A program made the translations under genes and the position numbers. This document shows positions 47,401 through 58,619 of a DNA stretch of 64,000 bases, one piece after another. The DNA comes from Mobula birostris. Taxonomy: Eukaryota. Where the stretch lies: the NCBI RefSeq assembly GCF_030028105.1, contig NC_092374.1, positions 194,117,345 through 194,181,344 on the forward strand. Direction: 5' to 3'. Position 1 is the stretch's first letter. The number at the start of each line of letters is the position of its first letter. Under the pieces are notes generated by a model. The model was not told the DNA's origin, ran no database searches, and worked only from the letters and a program-made list of their open reading frames with translations.

Positions 47401-50400
47401 CTGAGTGTGTGAGCCTTGAGGCTTCTGTGCTTCCTTCCCAATGGTAACAATGAGAAGAGGGCATGTCTTGGGTGATGGGGGTCCTTAATGATGGACGCCA
47501 CCTTTCGGAGGCACCATTGCTTGAAGATGTCTTAGATACTGCGGAGGCTGGTACCCAAGATGAAGGTGACTAATTTTACAGATATCTGTAGCTTCTTCTG
47601 ATGCTGTGCAGTAGCACACCTCCCCACCCCCTACCCATACCAGACTTGACGCAGCCTGTCAAAATGCTCCCCATGGTACATCCATAGAAGTTTTCAAGTG
47701 TTTTAGGTAACAAAACAGATCCCCTTAAATTCCTAATAAAATACAGTTGCTGTCTTGCCTTCTTTATCACTGCATCAATATGTTGCTGCCAGGTTAGATC
47801 CCCAGAGATATTGACAGCCAGGAACTTGACATTGCTCACTCTCTCCACTTCTGATCCCGGCATACGGATTGGCTCGTGTTTCCTCATTTTACCCTTTCTC
47901 AAGTCTGCCAGATTACCTACCATGTGGGGCGATTCTATCCCCCTCCTTGGCTCTTGAACTGGGGCAGCTACATTCAGAGGGGCCTCGAAGTGTTGAGCGG
48001 TAAATTCCCGGTTTGAGATCATCCATTTCTCTCCTTGAAGGATGCCGGCAGGATATTTGGGCAAGTTGTTGCTTCCATGGTGACTGACACAAACTCACTC
48101 AAGCTCGTATGGATGATGTTCCCCATTCTCAGTTGCTACCCACTTCATTTCCATTCCAAATTTCTACACCAAAACATCTATCCCCAGTCTCCTCACTGTC
48201 AGGGTCAGCTCAAACGCAAGCTAGAAGAACATCATCTTCTACTTCCCCCTGGGTTGTCCACAAGCTGACAGTGTGAACTTTGAATTCGTCAACCTCCTGC
48301 AAACTGCTCCCCCTCTGACCCTTTTCCCCTCCTCCTGATCTACTCCGTTATCCCTACAAACAAAAGACGACAAACTGCAGAGTAACGAAACCTTCCATAA
48401 CACACAATGATGAAGCATGTTAGGATGAGGATGAAAATGAAGTCAGGTTTAATATCACTGGCAGATGTCATGAAATGTGTTTTTTTACAGCTGCAGCAAT
48501 GTATAATAATAAAATCTATAAATTACAATATAAATAAAACTTTATGCAACTTTTTCCCATCCTGTGCTGTGGCCGCTCGATGCCAGGCAGTAATGCAATC
48601 AGTTAGTACATCTGTAGAAATCTGCAAATCTGCAGATGACATACCAAATCTCCAAAAACTTTTAATGCAATATAGCCTATGTTGTACCTTCTTTGTAATT
48701 CGATCAACATCCTGGGTCCAGGATAGATCCACAGGGATGGTGACACGCACGAACTTGAAACTTCTCACCCTTTCCACCTCTGATGAGGACTGGGGTGTGT
48801 TCCCTTGACTTCCCCTTCATGAAATGGTCTTATTGATATTAAATTCAAGGTTGTTGTTGCAACATCACTCAACCAGCTGGTCTTTCTCACTCCTGTACAC
48901 CTCCTCATCACCATCTAAAATTTTACCAAGAATAATTATGACGACAGCCAATTTATGAATGGCATTTGAGCTGTGCCTAGCCACACAATCGCCAGTGTAG
49001 AGAGAGTAGAGCAGTGGGCTAAGCATGCATCCTTGAGGTACACCAGTGTTGATCGTCAGTGAGGTGGTGATATTATTTCCAACCCGCACAGACTCTGGTC
49101 TCCCAGTGAGGATGGCAAGAATAGAGTTGCAGAGGGAAAGTCAGGAGCACAGGTTATGGGACGTGTTTGGATGCACAGTAGAGAGCATCCTAACATGCTG
49201 GATTGCTGTGTGGTACAGAAACTCACAGTGATGGATAGGATGACTCTACAACATGTAGTTAAAATAAGACCATAAGATATAGGTGCAGAATTAGTCCAAC
49301 TGGCCTAATTTGGAAGAGTCTGTTCCATCATTTCATCATGTCTGATCCATTTTCCTCTCAACCCCAATCACCTGCTTTCTATCTGTGTCCTTTCATGCCC
49401 TGACCAGTCAAGAAACTCTGCCTCAAATATACATAAACACTTGGCCTCCACAGCTGTCTGTGGCAACAAAGCCCAGAGATTAACCACTCAATGGCTAAAG
49501 AAACTGCTCCTCATCTCCTTTCTAAAAGGACGCCCCTCTTTTTCGAGGCTGTGTCCTCATAGGAACATCCTCCCCACATTCACTCTATCAAGGCCTTTCA
49601 CTATTCAATAGGTTTCAATGAGGTCACACCTTGTTCTGAATTCCAGCGAATACAGACCCAGATCCAGAGCCATCAAACACTCTTCATATGACAAGCCAAT
49701 GAACAGCTTGTCATATGTGTCCTTCAAAATGCAAAACACAACCTCGGTATTGGCCTATCCACCATCAAAGATCAGAATCAAAATCAGATACTTCCCCCAA
49801 TGTTATCAGGTTGATCAACACCTCCACCATTAACCCACCCCACCACCACTACATCCACATCAGCCACTCCTCTCCACAGCCCTCAGCACCCTTCCCATGC
49901 ACTGTCACTTTACAGTTACCTGTACATTGTGTTTTATAGGATTAGTTAAAAGTTAAAGTCTGAGCCTTTGTTGCCCAGCGGGCCGGTGCTTATGCCAGTT
50001 TCGGCGGCGTGAAGCGACTGAGAGTATCTGACTACCCTGTGGATTGGATGCCAGTCTATCGTGAGGTTAACCCCCAGCATTTTGCCAGTACCCATTTTCA
50101 GCTGGGGGTGGACTGGAGCAGTATGTGGTAATGTGCCTTGCTGAAAGACACAACACGCTGCCTTGACCGAAACTCGAACTCACGACCTTCAGATCATGAA
50201 CCCAACGCCCTAACCACTTGGCCACGCGCCACACATTTTACAGGATGGGTGTATATTTATACACTATAGTTTTTTGTTTTTATGCTTATTGTCTCTTTTT
50301 AATGCTGCATCAGAACTGGAGAAACAATGATTTCATCTTCCTTTAAACTCTTGTACTGACGATTGACAACAAACAATCTCAAATGTTGAATGTTTCCAGT

Positions 50401-53400
50401 CTTTAACACTGGGCCTTAATTCTCACCCCAATGGCCAACTTCCAAATGGGAAGCATTGACTTTCTCCTTTCCCATTTCAGGAAAAAGCAAGAGCTTCACG
50501 GTTACGCAAGGCCAGTCCAGTATATTTGTACGTGAGGGTGAAACGGACCTCATGATCTGTAGCGCAAATGCCAATCACTCCGGAGACATTGTGTTCTACA
50601 GCTGGTACAGCAAAGCATCTGAAGCTTCCAACGGGACGGCAGAGTATGCAGGGCGCGTCCTTGGGCCTGACCAGGAGGATTCCTTCAAAGCTTCCATGAA
50701 GCGGATGGATGTGAAGGAGTGTGATACCGCAATGTACTACTGCAAAGTACGGATAGACGGGATTGGCGAGGAAATCGGAGAAGGAGTATGGCTGACAGTC
50801 AGTCACACACGTGAGTCGTTCCCCAGCCCAAGACAATACTGAGCTTATTACCACCCACCAACACACACCCTTCCCCATCAACTTTCTATTCATGAGCCCT
50901 GTCTGCTTTCCAACCTTCACTTCCAGTGTCATCACCAACAGGACTGGCTGACCATTGCTGAATGTAGATGGGAGACTAAAGATAACAACAATTACATTGG
51001 GGTGACTGGCTAGAGATCACACACTTATCAACCAATGAACAATGATTGGCTCACTGTGCAGATTATAGAAGAGTGGCAAAGGCTCACACACAATCCTCCC
51101 TCACACTGGTACCCAGTATGGCAGTGGGTCACACATTGTCCTCTTCCCTCTGGGATTGGGTGGGGCAGTGAGTTACAAGATGTTCTCTGCCCCTCTTGGT
51201 TGAGGTGAAGCAGTCAGTCACACACTACTCTCTTCCCCCTCTGGGACTTGTTGGGGCAGTGGGTTACACTCTGTCCAACCCCACTCTGGGACCCGGAAGG
51301 GTAGTGGGTTACACACTGTCCTATCCTATTCTCAATGGATTCTTCCTGTGATGGTGTGGCCAATCCCCACCTCCGGTTGCTCGGGTTTTCTCCCACACCC
51401 CAAGGATGTGTGGGTCAGTGGTTTAATTGATTGCTGTAAATTGCCCCCAGTGTGTTGGGAAGTGGAAAAAGTTGGATGGATTTGAAGAGAAGGTGGGGAG
51501 GATCAGTTATCAGTAAAATTAATAAGAAAATGTAAATGGGATTAGTGTAGGACTTATTAATGTTAGACGAAGATCAACGTTCAATGTGACTTTATTACCT
51601 TTTGGTCATCCTATACAATTATTGGAAGAGCAACTTCCCTGTGCTTCCTGCCTTGGAATTGGGAGGAGGGGGTGTGGCAGGGACAGGAACGATCTCACCA
51701 GTGGGGTTAAACACTTTCAGGTCAGCTGCCATATCATTGCATGCTTCACCAGTCTCGAAGGGCCAAATGGCCCATTTGTGCTCGTGTGTTCTGAGTTGTT
51801 TTCTCCCCCACAGGCAAACTGAAACCTGTCACAATTCTCCTGGTGATACTGTTGACGGTCTTTGGAATACAAGGGAGCATCCTACTCGTCAGCATCCTGT
51901 TTCTTCGAAAACTACGCAGAGCAGAAAGTAAGGAGACTGAATTCTTTACCTCCATGGCCAGTTTAGGATCATCAGACACATAAGGATTTGGCCATTCGGC
52001 CCAACGAATTTACTCCATCATTCCACATTGAGGGATTTTTTTCCTCTCAACACCATTCTCCTGCCTTCCTCCATAACCTTAGAAACCAATACTGAACCTA
52101 TCAACTTGTGTTTTAAATATACACAATGATTTGGCCTCCACATTCATCTGTGGCAATGAATCTTCTGCTACAGAAACTCCTCATAATCTCCTATTCTGAG
52201 CGCTGCCCTCAGGTCCAAGACTCTCTCAATATTGGAAATATTGTCACCACATACACTCTGTTTAGGCCTTTCAGTATTTGATAGATGTCAAAGATCCCTC
52301 CCCACCATTCTTCTCAACTCCAGCGAGTACGGCCCAGAGCTAGCAATCCTCATACATTAACTCTTTCATTCCCAAATCAGTTTTGTTATTCTCCTCTGGA
52401 TCCTCTCCAATGCCAGCACATTGGTTCCTAGATATGGAGACCAAAACGGCACATAACACTGCCAATGTTCTTTGACGATGCCTTATATCCTTAAAGGTGA
52501 GGAATATTTGGAAAGCCCAGGGGGTTCACCAGCATGTGCAGATAAGCAGGGCAACTGAGGTAGTAGATCTGTGAGTCAGCAGCACAGACACAGGCCCTTC
52601 AGCCCAACTCATCTCTGCTGACTGAGATGGCCCATAAGTCTTTGGTCATGATGATGTGAGCTGTGGTATTTCTTGAGATCATGGCCCAGACTAAGTTGTG
52701 CTTTTAAGTTTGTAGGGATGGTTTTCAGGACAGTGAATGGAGTTGGGGGTCAGATTAGGGTGTATAGACATAGACAGGGATGTGAAGGAGGTAGAGGTCA
52801 GGACTCCACTCTGCACCCAGTGATGTGGATAGTTGAGAAGATGCACTCCGAGTCCAGGACTCTGCTCCACGCTCGAAATCCAGCGATACTGTCATGGCAA
52901 CGAAGTACATTCAGAGTTTAGGCCTCTGCTCTGTGCACAAAGGTTAGTAATGTGGGTGAAAATGTCCATGAAGGACACCCATGAATTCCGGACTGTCTCG
53001 AGTTGGTGGGTCCCAGTATTGAACATCAGTGCGATCCAGAGGCACGAGGCCCAGTCAGTCGGCCCCTAATGGTAATTGTGCCCAATTCTGCAGATTTCTC
53101 TGATGACTGGGCTGGATAAATTTATTGTCAGACGCTCCAAGATGCGATGAAATCCCTTCCCTGTTTGAAGCTCACTGGTGTACGTGGTAATATTAAATAC
53201 AACAACAGATACAGCCATGAGGACAAGACAACAGACTGGTGCAAGGAGAGCAGTGCAACGCATCGTAGTGCAAAAAGAAATGCTCACCAGGGACAGGGAG
53301 GGCAGAATAGTGGGGTGGCACGGTGACATTGTGGTTCCTGGAACACTGTCACAGTGCCAGCGAAGGAGAAGTCTTGCCCACAGAGGGGGTTCAGAATTTG

Positions 53401-54524
53401 CTTGCCTGTAGAAGGCAGAGGGTAGTTGTAGATGGAGCCTATTCTGCCTGGAGGATGGCGAACTGCGGTGCTCTGTACTGCTCTGTTCTGGGACCGCCGC
53501 TCTTTGTGATTTTTAGAAATGATTCAGATGTAGAAGTGGGAGGGCGTGTTAGTAAGCTTGTAGATAACATGAAGTTTGTGGAGTTGTGGATAGTGTGAAA
53601 TGGTGGCAAGGATTACAACAGGCCATTGATAGGATGCAGAGCTGGGCTGAGAATGGCACGTGGAATTCTATCCTGAAAAGTGGGAAGTGATTCACTTCGG
53701 AAGCTTTAATTTGAAGGCAGAATACAGGGTGAATGGCAGAATCTCTAGCAATGTGGAGGAATAGAGGGACCCTGGAGCCCACATCCATAGATCCCTCAAA
53801 GTTGCCTGCAGGTTGATTGAGCCGTGAAAAAGGCGTATGGTGTATTGGCCTTCACTAATTGGGAGATGAGTTCAAGAACCGTGAAGTAATGTTGCAGCTC
53901 TATAAAACCCTGGTTAGACCACAATTTTGAATTGAGCTGAGGTCTCATCACATCAAGTACAGTTTTGTGTGTTAATAAGATGGCAAATGTATCTGTTACT
54001 CTGGATTTCCAGCATCTGTGGAATCTCTTGTGGATCTCTTTTATATTCCTTCCCCAGATGTTAGGTGAGACGAGAAATGAAGGTCATTGGTTTAGGGTGA
54101 AAGGTGAAATATTTAAGGGGAACTTCTTCACTCATGGATGGTGTGAGTATGCAACGAGCTTCCAGTGGGAAGTGCTGGATGTGGGTTCAATTGCAACATT
54201 TAAGAGAAATTTGGATCAGTACATGGATGGGAGGGGCATTGAGAGTTCAGTTCCAGGTGCGGGTCAATGGGACTTGACAAAAAACAGGTCAGCACAAAGG
54301 GCCTGTTTCTGTGCTGTCATATCCAATGTCAATGGGTCACCTATGTAAGATTGAAGGGACTGTAGAAGTTCTGAGACTAATGTTTAGGCTGTAGGAGAGC
54401 CATGGGTAACGAGAGTGAAACTAGGGCTCCCATGGACAGTGAGTGGGTGGGACCTGCCAGTGTTTGTACTAATATGCACATAATTAATTTTACAGCTGAT
54501 TTAACTTCAACCTATTTGGATTGA
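35403..54524 (+). CDS. NCR3: NKp30/NCR3-family receptor with three VJ-type Ig domains (join 35403-35445, 36936-37274, 42714-43052, 50481-50810, 51814-51927, 54496-54524; 397 aa if all exons are included)
   Basis: All introns GT-AG and phase 1; open frame from ATG to TGA; the V domains carry the NKp30 signature (human EVRNGTPEFRGRL vs [13 protein letters not shown] and [13 protein letters not shown]). Family member; one-to-one orthology not established. Confidence 0.85.
36936..37274 (+). CDS. NCR3: V1 exon, VJ-type Ig domain (339 nt)
   Basis: [49 protein letters not shown]; ttcag| and |gtaagc. Confidence 0.95.
39340..42085 (+). mobile_element. 5'-truncated L1-clade LINE in the V1-V2 intron
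   Basis: [28 protein letters not shown]; LEPLAIAL; KVSLYA; C-terminal Cys/His remnant; A-rich tail. Confidence 0.85.
40159..40464 (+). mobile_element. tRNA-derived SINE nested in the L1
   Basis: A-box-like tggccaagtgg and B-box-like ggtcgag; TSD aataaaaatcctag on both sides. Confidence 0.75.
42714..43052 (+). CDS. NCR3: V2 exon, VJ-type Ig domain (339 nt), duplicate of V1
   Basis: 28 nt differences from V1; ttcag| and |gtaagt; flanking introns are homologous to V1's. Confidence 0.93.
43190..45110 (-). mobile_element. CR1 LINE ORF2 fragment with 3' tail
   Basis: [33 protein letters not shown]; [28 protein letters not shown]. Confidence 0.85.
45130..46290 (+). mobile_element. Penelope-like element 3' part (GIY-YIG), sense to the receptor gene
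   Basis: Same family as 9483-10937; contains ..[34 protein letters not shown]. Confidence 0.85.
46186..46227 (+). ncRNA. Minimal hammerhead ribozyme motif with an intact core, in the V2-V3 intron
   Basis: cagttagtc-CTGATGA-agggtctcggccc-GAAA-cgtc-gactg: stem I agtc/gact, stem II ggg/ccc, palindromic acgt. Confidence 0.65.
49955..50235 (-). mobile_element. tRNA-derived SINE
   Basis: Reverse complement begins gtggcgcgtggccaagtggttagggcg..gagttcgag; core similar to the 40159 copy. Confidence 0.7.
50481..50810 (+). CDS. NCR3: V3 exon, membrane-proximal VJ-type Ig domain (330 nt)
   Basis: [52 protein letters not shown]; tttcag| and |gtgagt. Confidence 0.92.
51814..51927 (+). CDS. NCR3: Transmembrane exon [38 protein letters not shown]
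   Basis: Acceptor ttttctcccccacag|, donor |gtaagg, phase 1-1; ~25-residue hydrophobic run followed by a basic stop-transfer sequence. Confidence 0.88.
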
Positions 54525-54537
54525 AGAACCCAGGATG
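54496..54537 (+). CDS. NCR3: 42-nt cytoplasmic exon TDLTSTYLD* (TGA at 54522-54524)
   Basis: Acceptor taattaattttacag|, donor gatg|gtaagt; the other two frames stop within 3 codons. Confidence 0.7.
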
Positions 54538-54544
54538 GTAAGTT

Positions 54545-55345
54545 GTAAAGCAAAATAAAAACCTGCAGATGCTAGAAGTCTGAAATAAAATCAGAGAACG
54601 CTGGGATATTCAGCAGGTCAGGCAGCACCTCCAGAGAATCAAGCAGAGTTAAAGTTCTGGAATCATAGGTTTTCAATAGAACTGGGCAAAACTGAAAATA
54701 TAGCTTAGATTGGATTGCTGTGAGGAGGGGATGGGCAGAGAGAATAAAAGAGTGGAGTGAGAGAGACGATGTCATAAGTGAAGATTGCTCGCGATGAGGG
54801 AGGAGATAGATAATTTGTTCATTTTTGCTTAGAAAAGGTTCAACTGCGCATCTCTGTGCTTTTTGAATTTTGTGAGAGTACAGTCGATGCTTTGGGACGA
54901 AACCCTTCTGTAGAACTGGACAGAAAAAGCTGAGGAGTAGATTTAAACGGTAGGGGGTGGGGGAGAGAAAGACAAGGTAATAGGGTGAAGCCTGAAGGGA
55001 GAAGGATGAAGTAAAGAGCTGGGAAGTTGATTGGTGAAAGTGACAGAAGGGGGCAGGAGCACCAGAGGGAGGCAATAGGTGGGCAAGGGGAGAAGGTTAG
55101 AGGGGGAAATGGGGATGAGAAATGCTGAGTGGGGTGGGGTTGGGACGCATTACCAGAAGTTCGAGAAATCAATGTTCATGCCATCAAGTTGAAGGCTACC
55201 CAGATGGAATATAAGGCACTGTTCCTCCAACCTGAGTGTGGTCTCATCACGACAGTAGAAGAGGTCATGGATAGACATATGGGAATGGGAATTGGAATTA
55301 AAATGGGTGGCACTGTATTTTTCTGGCGGACGGAGCATAGGAGCT
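54545..55345 (-). mobile_element. Degenerate Penelope-like 3' fragment(s)
   Basis: ATHFNSNSHSHMSIHDLFYCRDETTLRLEEQCLIFHLGSLQLDGMN. Confidence 0.75.
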
Positions 55346-55346
55346 T

Positions 55347-55544
55347 GACTGAGGGGCTTAAACAGGAATGGGATTAAATGGGGACTAGGTGTTAAATGGG
55401 ACTGGGGGTAAATGGAGACCGGGGGTTAAATAGTAATGGGGTAAATGGGGATTAAGGGATTAAACAGGAATTGGGTTAAATGGGGACTGGGAGTTAAATG
55501 GAATGGGGTTAAATGGGGACTAGGAGGTTAAACAGGAATGGGTT
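55347..55544 (+). repeat. Short copy of the G-rich intronic minisatellite
   Basis: Same units as 1-780, about 200 bp. Confidence 0.8.
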
Positions 55545-55918
55545 CAGTCTGATTGGTGGCACGAATTCGATGGGCCAAAGAACCTTTTCTCTGACCTCAG
55601 GAGACAAAAGGGGAAACTTTTTCACTTAGTGAGTTATTGGAACCTGGGATTAGGTTAAGTCACAGCGAGCAGAAGTAAGCTGAAAGAGCATCTGAAGGTC
55701 AATGAGCTGAGAGTGGAGCAGTGGGATAAGCTGGATCGCTTTTGCAAGAGCCAGTACAGGCTAGATAGGCTGAATATCCTCCTCCTGTAGCTTACCACTA
55801 CAGAGAAGTTGGTTCTTTCCTCCGAACTGTCGGGCCACTCCTCTTAACAAAATTAGAATAGTACAGCACAGTAAAGGCCCTTCGGCCCACAATTAAATTG
55901 GCTCCTCTGTGTTTTCAG

Positions 55919-56250
55919 TAGGAAGATGGGTCCATGAACCAACAGGTCGTGAGGAATATTGGGAGAGAAGCAGGTCCTCAAACGTGCTCTCAGAAGTCAG
56001 GTCATGAATATGATAAAGATTCCAGTTTCTGTTCCTTTGATTGAACTTTGAACCCCCAATGGCATCAGATTGTTCACAACTGCTTCGCGTCTTCGAGGAA
56101 AGAAATCTGTCAGTGGCCTGAGTTTATGTCTCTGTGCTTATTTCAGCTTCCACCTCGGTCACTCTCCCCGAATTAACAGAGCATCAGATTAACCAAGCTC
56201 TCTAGTCAAGTGTGGGATTGCTGGCATAATAAACCTATAGGGGAATCATA
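55919..56250 (+). other. Terminal exon of the receptor gene (3'UTR in this copy); AATAAA at 56228-56233
   Basis: Homologous to 1849-2180; the ancestral frame 55922-56044 is still open (EDGSMNQQVVRNIG..CSFD*). Confidence 0.6.
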
Positions 56251-57133
56251 CTCTCTATAGCCACCCCAGAGACACATACTCGGGCTGAGGCTGGAATCCG
56301 GAGCAGCACACACAATGCTGAAGGAACTCAGTGTGTCGGGCAATATCTGTGGAAGGAAATGGGGAGTCAAAGTCTCTGGTTGAGATCCTTCCTCTGCACT
56401 GGAAACTAGAGGGGAGATAGCCAAATGTATAAAGATGGAGCAAGTGCTGGCAGGTGAGGGGGGGTGATCCGCAGATGGGAGGGGGATGTATGGGTTCATG
56501 GGTTTGGTGAGTCAGGTAGAAGACACTGACTACAAATAAGCATATTAATCATTTATTTACAAACAGTGAAAGATCTAAGTCCCCAAGTTACACAAACTGC
56601 AAAACTAAATATTCAACAAACAGAAACTTGTTGCCTGACACCGAACACTGGTTACCTGGCACACAAGGCAGCCAATGGGGAAAAAGCTGCTTCATACCTC
56701 AAACGGGCCATTCATTGTCCAACACGATGGAAGCGGCTTTTGACCGACAAGTTAACTATTCTCCACATAACAGGGATGGGGCAGAGAGTGGGAATGGTGT
56801 CAGAGACTGAAACATAACAGGGATATATTAACCACATCCCCTCTACCTTCTACCTTTCAAATCTTGTGAATGGCCTTGACCAGAAACAGTAATAGTCCAT
56901 TCTCACCATAGGTGAACCTTGATTCCGGATCCTAGAACCTACTAGGACCTGGCACTGTCCTCTATGACTCATTGAATCTAAATCACCATGTTGTGCTAAT
57001 CGGATGAGTGCCTGCAGTGTTTTGTATATTAAAGCCACTTTTCTACTTCCTTCTCTGCCTGTCTGGCCCGTCCCAGGTTCCAAGTTGTTACTGGTGAGAC
57101 AAGGCAACATTTTGTGGGCAGTAAACAAAACTA

Positions 57134-57420
57134 ACTTCCGCCATCTACAAAGGGATCCTACCACTGGACATATCCACCATCTCCAACGAGATCCCAGCAC
57201 TAAACATATCCACCATCTTCAATGGAATCCTACCAGTTAACATATCTGCCATCTTCAACAGGATCCCAACACTGAATATATCCGTCATCTCCAACGAGAT
57301 CCTATCATTAAACATATCCGCCATCTCCCAATGGGATCCTACCAGTAAACATATTCACCATCTTCAATGAGATCCTAAGCAGATTCACCATCTCCAAAGA
57401 GACCTGACTTCTAAACATAT
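57134..57420 (+). repeat. Eight-unit ~36-nt tandem array derived from Penelope RT-tail sequence
   Basis: Unit ccaccatctccaacgagatcccagcactaaacatat ([12 protein letters not shown]), within a PLE remnant at ~57100-58290. Confidence 0.8.
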
Positions 57421-58492
57421 CCTTACCTCCACAGGGATCACTCCATCTGCAGTTCCCTTGTCCATTCATCCCTCACCACTAATCTCCCTCCTGGCACTTA
57501 CCTCTGTTAGCGGCTAAACTGTACACTTGCCTATTCACCTCCTCCCTCACTTCTGTTTAGGGCCCCAAACAGTCTTTCCAGGTGAGGCAAGACTTCCCCT
57601 GCAAACCTGTTGGGGTTGTCTATTGTGTCCGGTTCTTCCGAAGTGACCTCCTCTACATTGGTGAGATCCCGTTGTAAATTGGGGGGGTGGAGGCAATTTG
57701 TTAAGCACCTCCACTCCATCCGCCAAAAGCGGAACTTCCCAGTGAACTAAGATTTTAATTCCAATTCCCATTCCCATTCCCATTCCGAGATATTGGTCCA
57801 TGGCCCCGTCTTGTGCCAGGATGAAGCCACCCTCTGGGTGGAGTAGCAACACAATATCTTCCGTTTGGGTAGCCTCCAACCAAATGGAATAAGTATTGAT
57901 TGCTCCTTCTGATAACCCCCTCCCCACCTTCCCTCTTCTTCTATTCCCCACTCTAGCCTTTTACATCTTCTCACCTGCCTATTGCTTCCCCCTTGCTCCG
58001 CTCCTCTTCCCTTTCCCTATGGTCCACCCTCCTCTCCTATCAGATTCCTTCTCGTCCAGCACTTTATCCTTCCAACCCACCTGCCTTCCCCTATCACCTT
58101 CTAGCTAGCTTCCTCCCCTCCCACCCCACTTAAACTTGTTATTCTGGCATCTTCCCCCTTCTTTTCCAATCCTGAAGAAGGGTCTCGGCCAAAATATCAA
58201 CTTCATTTCCATAGATGTCGCCTGATTTGCTGTGTTCCTCCAGCATTTTGTGTGTGGGGTGCTTTGGATTTCCAGCATCTGCAGACTTTTGCATGTAAAC
58301 AAAACTATTCTATTAAATAAATGTTTTCTGGACTACGAGCAGTGCAATCTGAAGCCTGTAATTTCCCTTTGGGAGCTGCGCCTTTGAATCAGGTGTTATG
58401 AAATTTATTAACTTAGCAGCAGTAGTTCAATGTAATACATAATAATATAGAAAGAAACAATAAGTGAATAAATAACAGTAAATATATATATA

Positions 58493-58529
<37 letters not shown>

Positions 58530-58619
58530 TGAAAAGATTAAAATAGTGCAAAAATGGAAATAATATATATCTTTTAAAAGTGAGGTAGTGTTGGTGGGTT
58601 CAATGTTCATTTAGGAATT

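Noticed and set aside
53066-53411. Hydrophobic minus-strand ORF (TM-like) and a + strand LVYVVI ITIM-like string
   Set aside because: No convincing flanking exons for the minus ORF; the ITIM-like string is out of phase with the TM exon (phase-1 entry at 53171 stops after 6 codons).
57134-57420. Regular ~36-nt repeats resembling a CRISPR array
   Set aside because: Head-to-tail units without unique spacers, derived from PLE coding sequence, in a vertebrate context with no cas genes.
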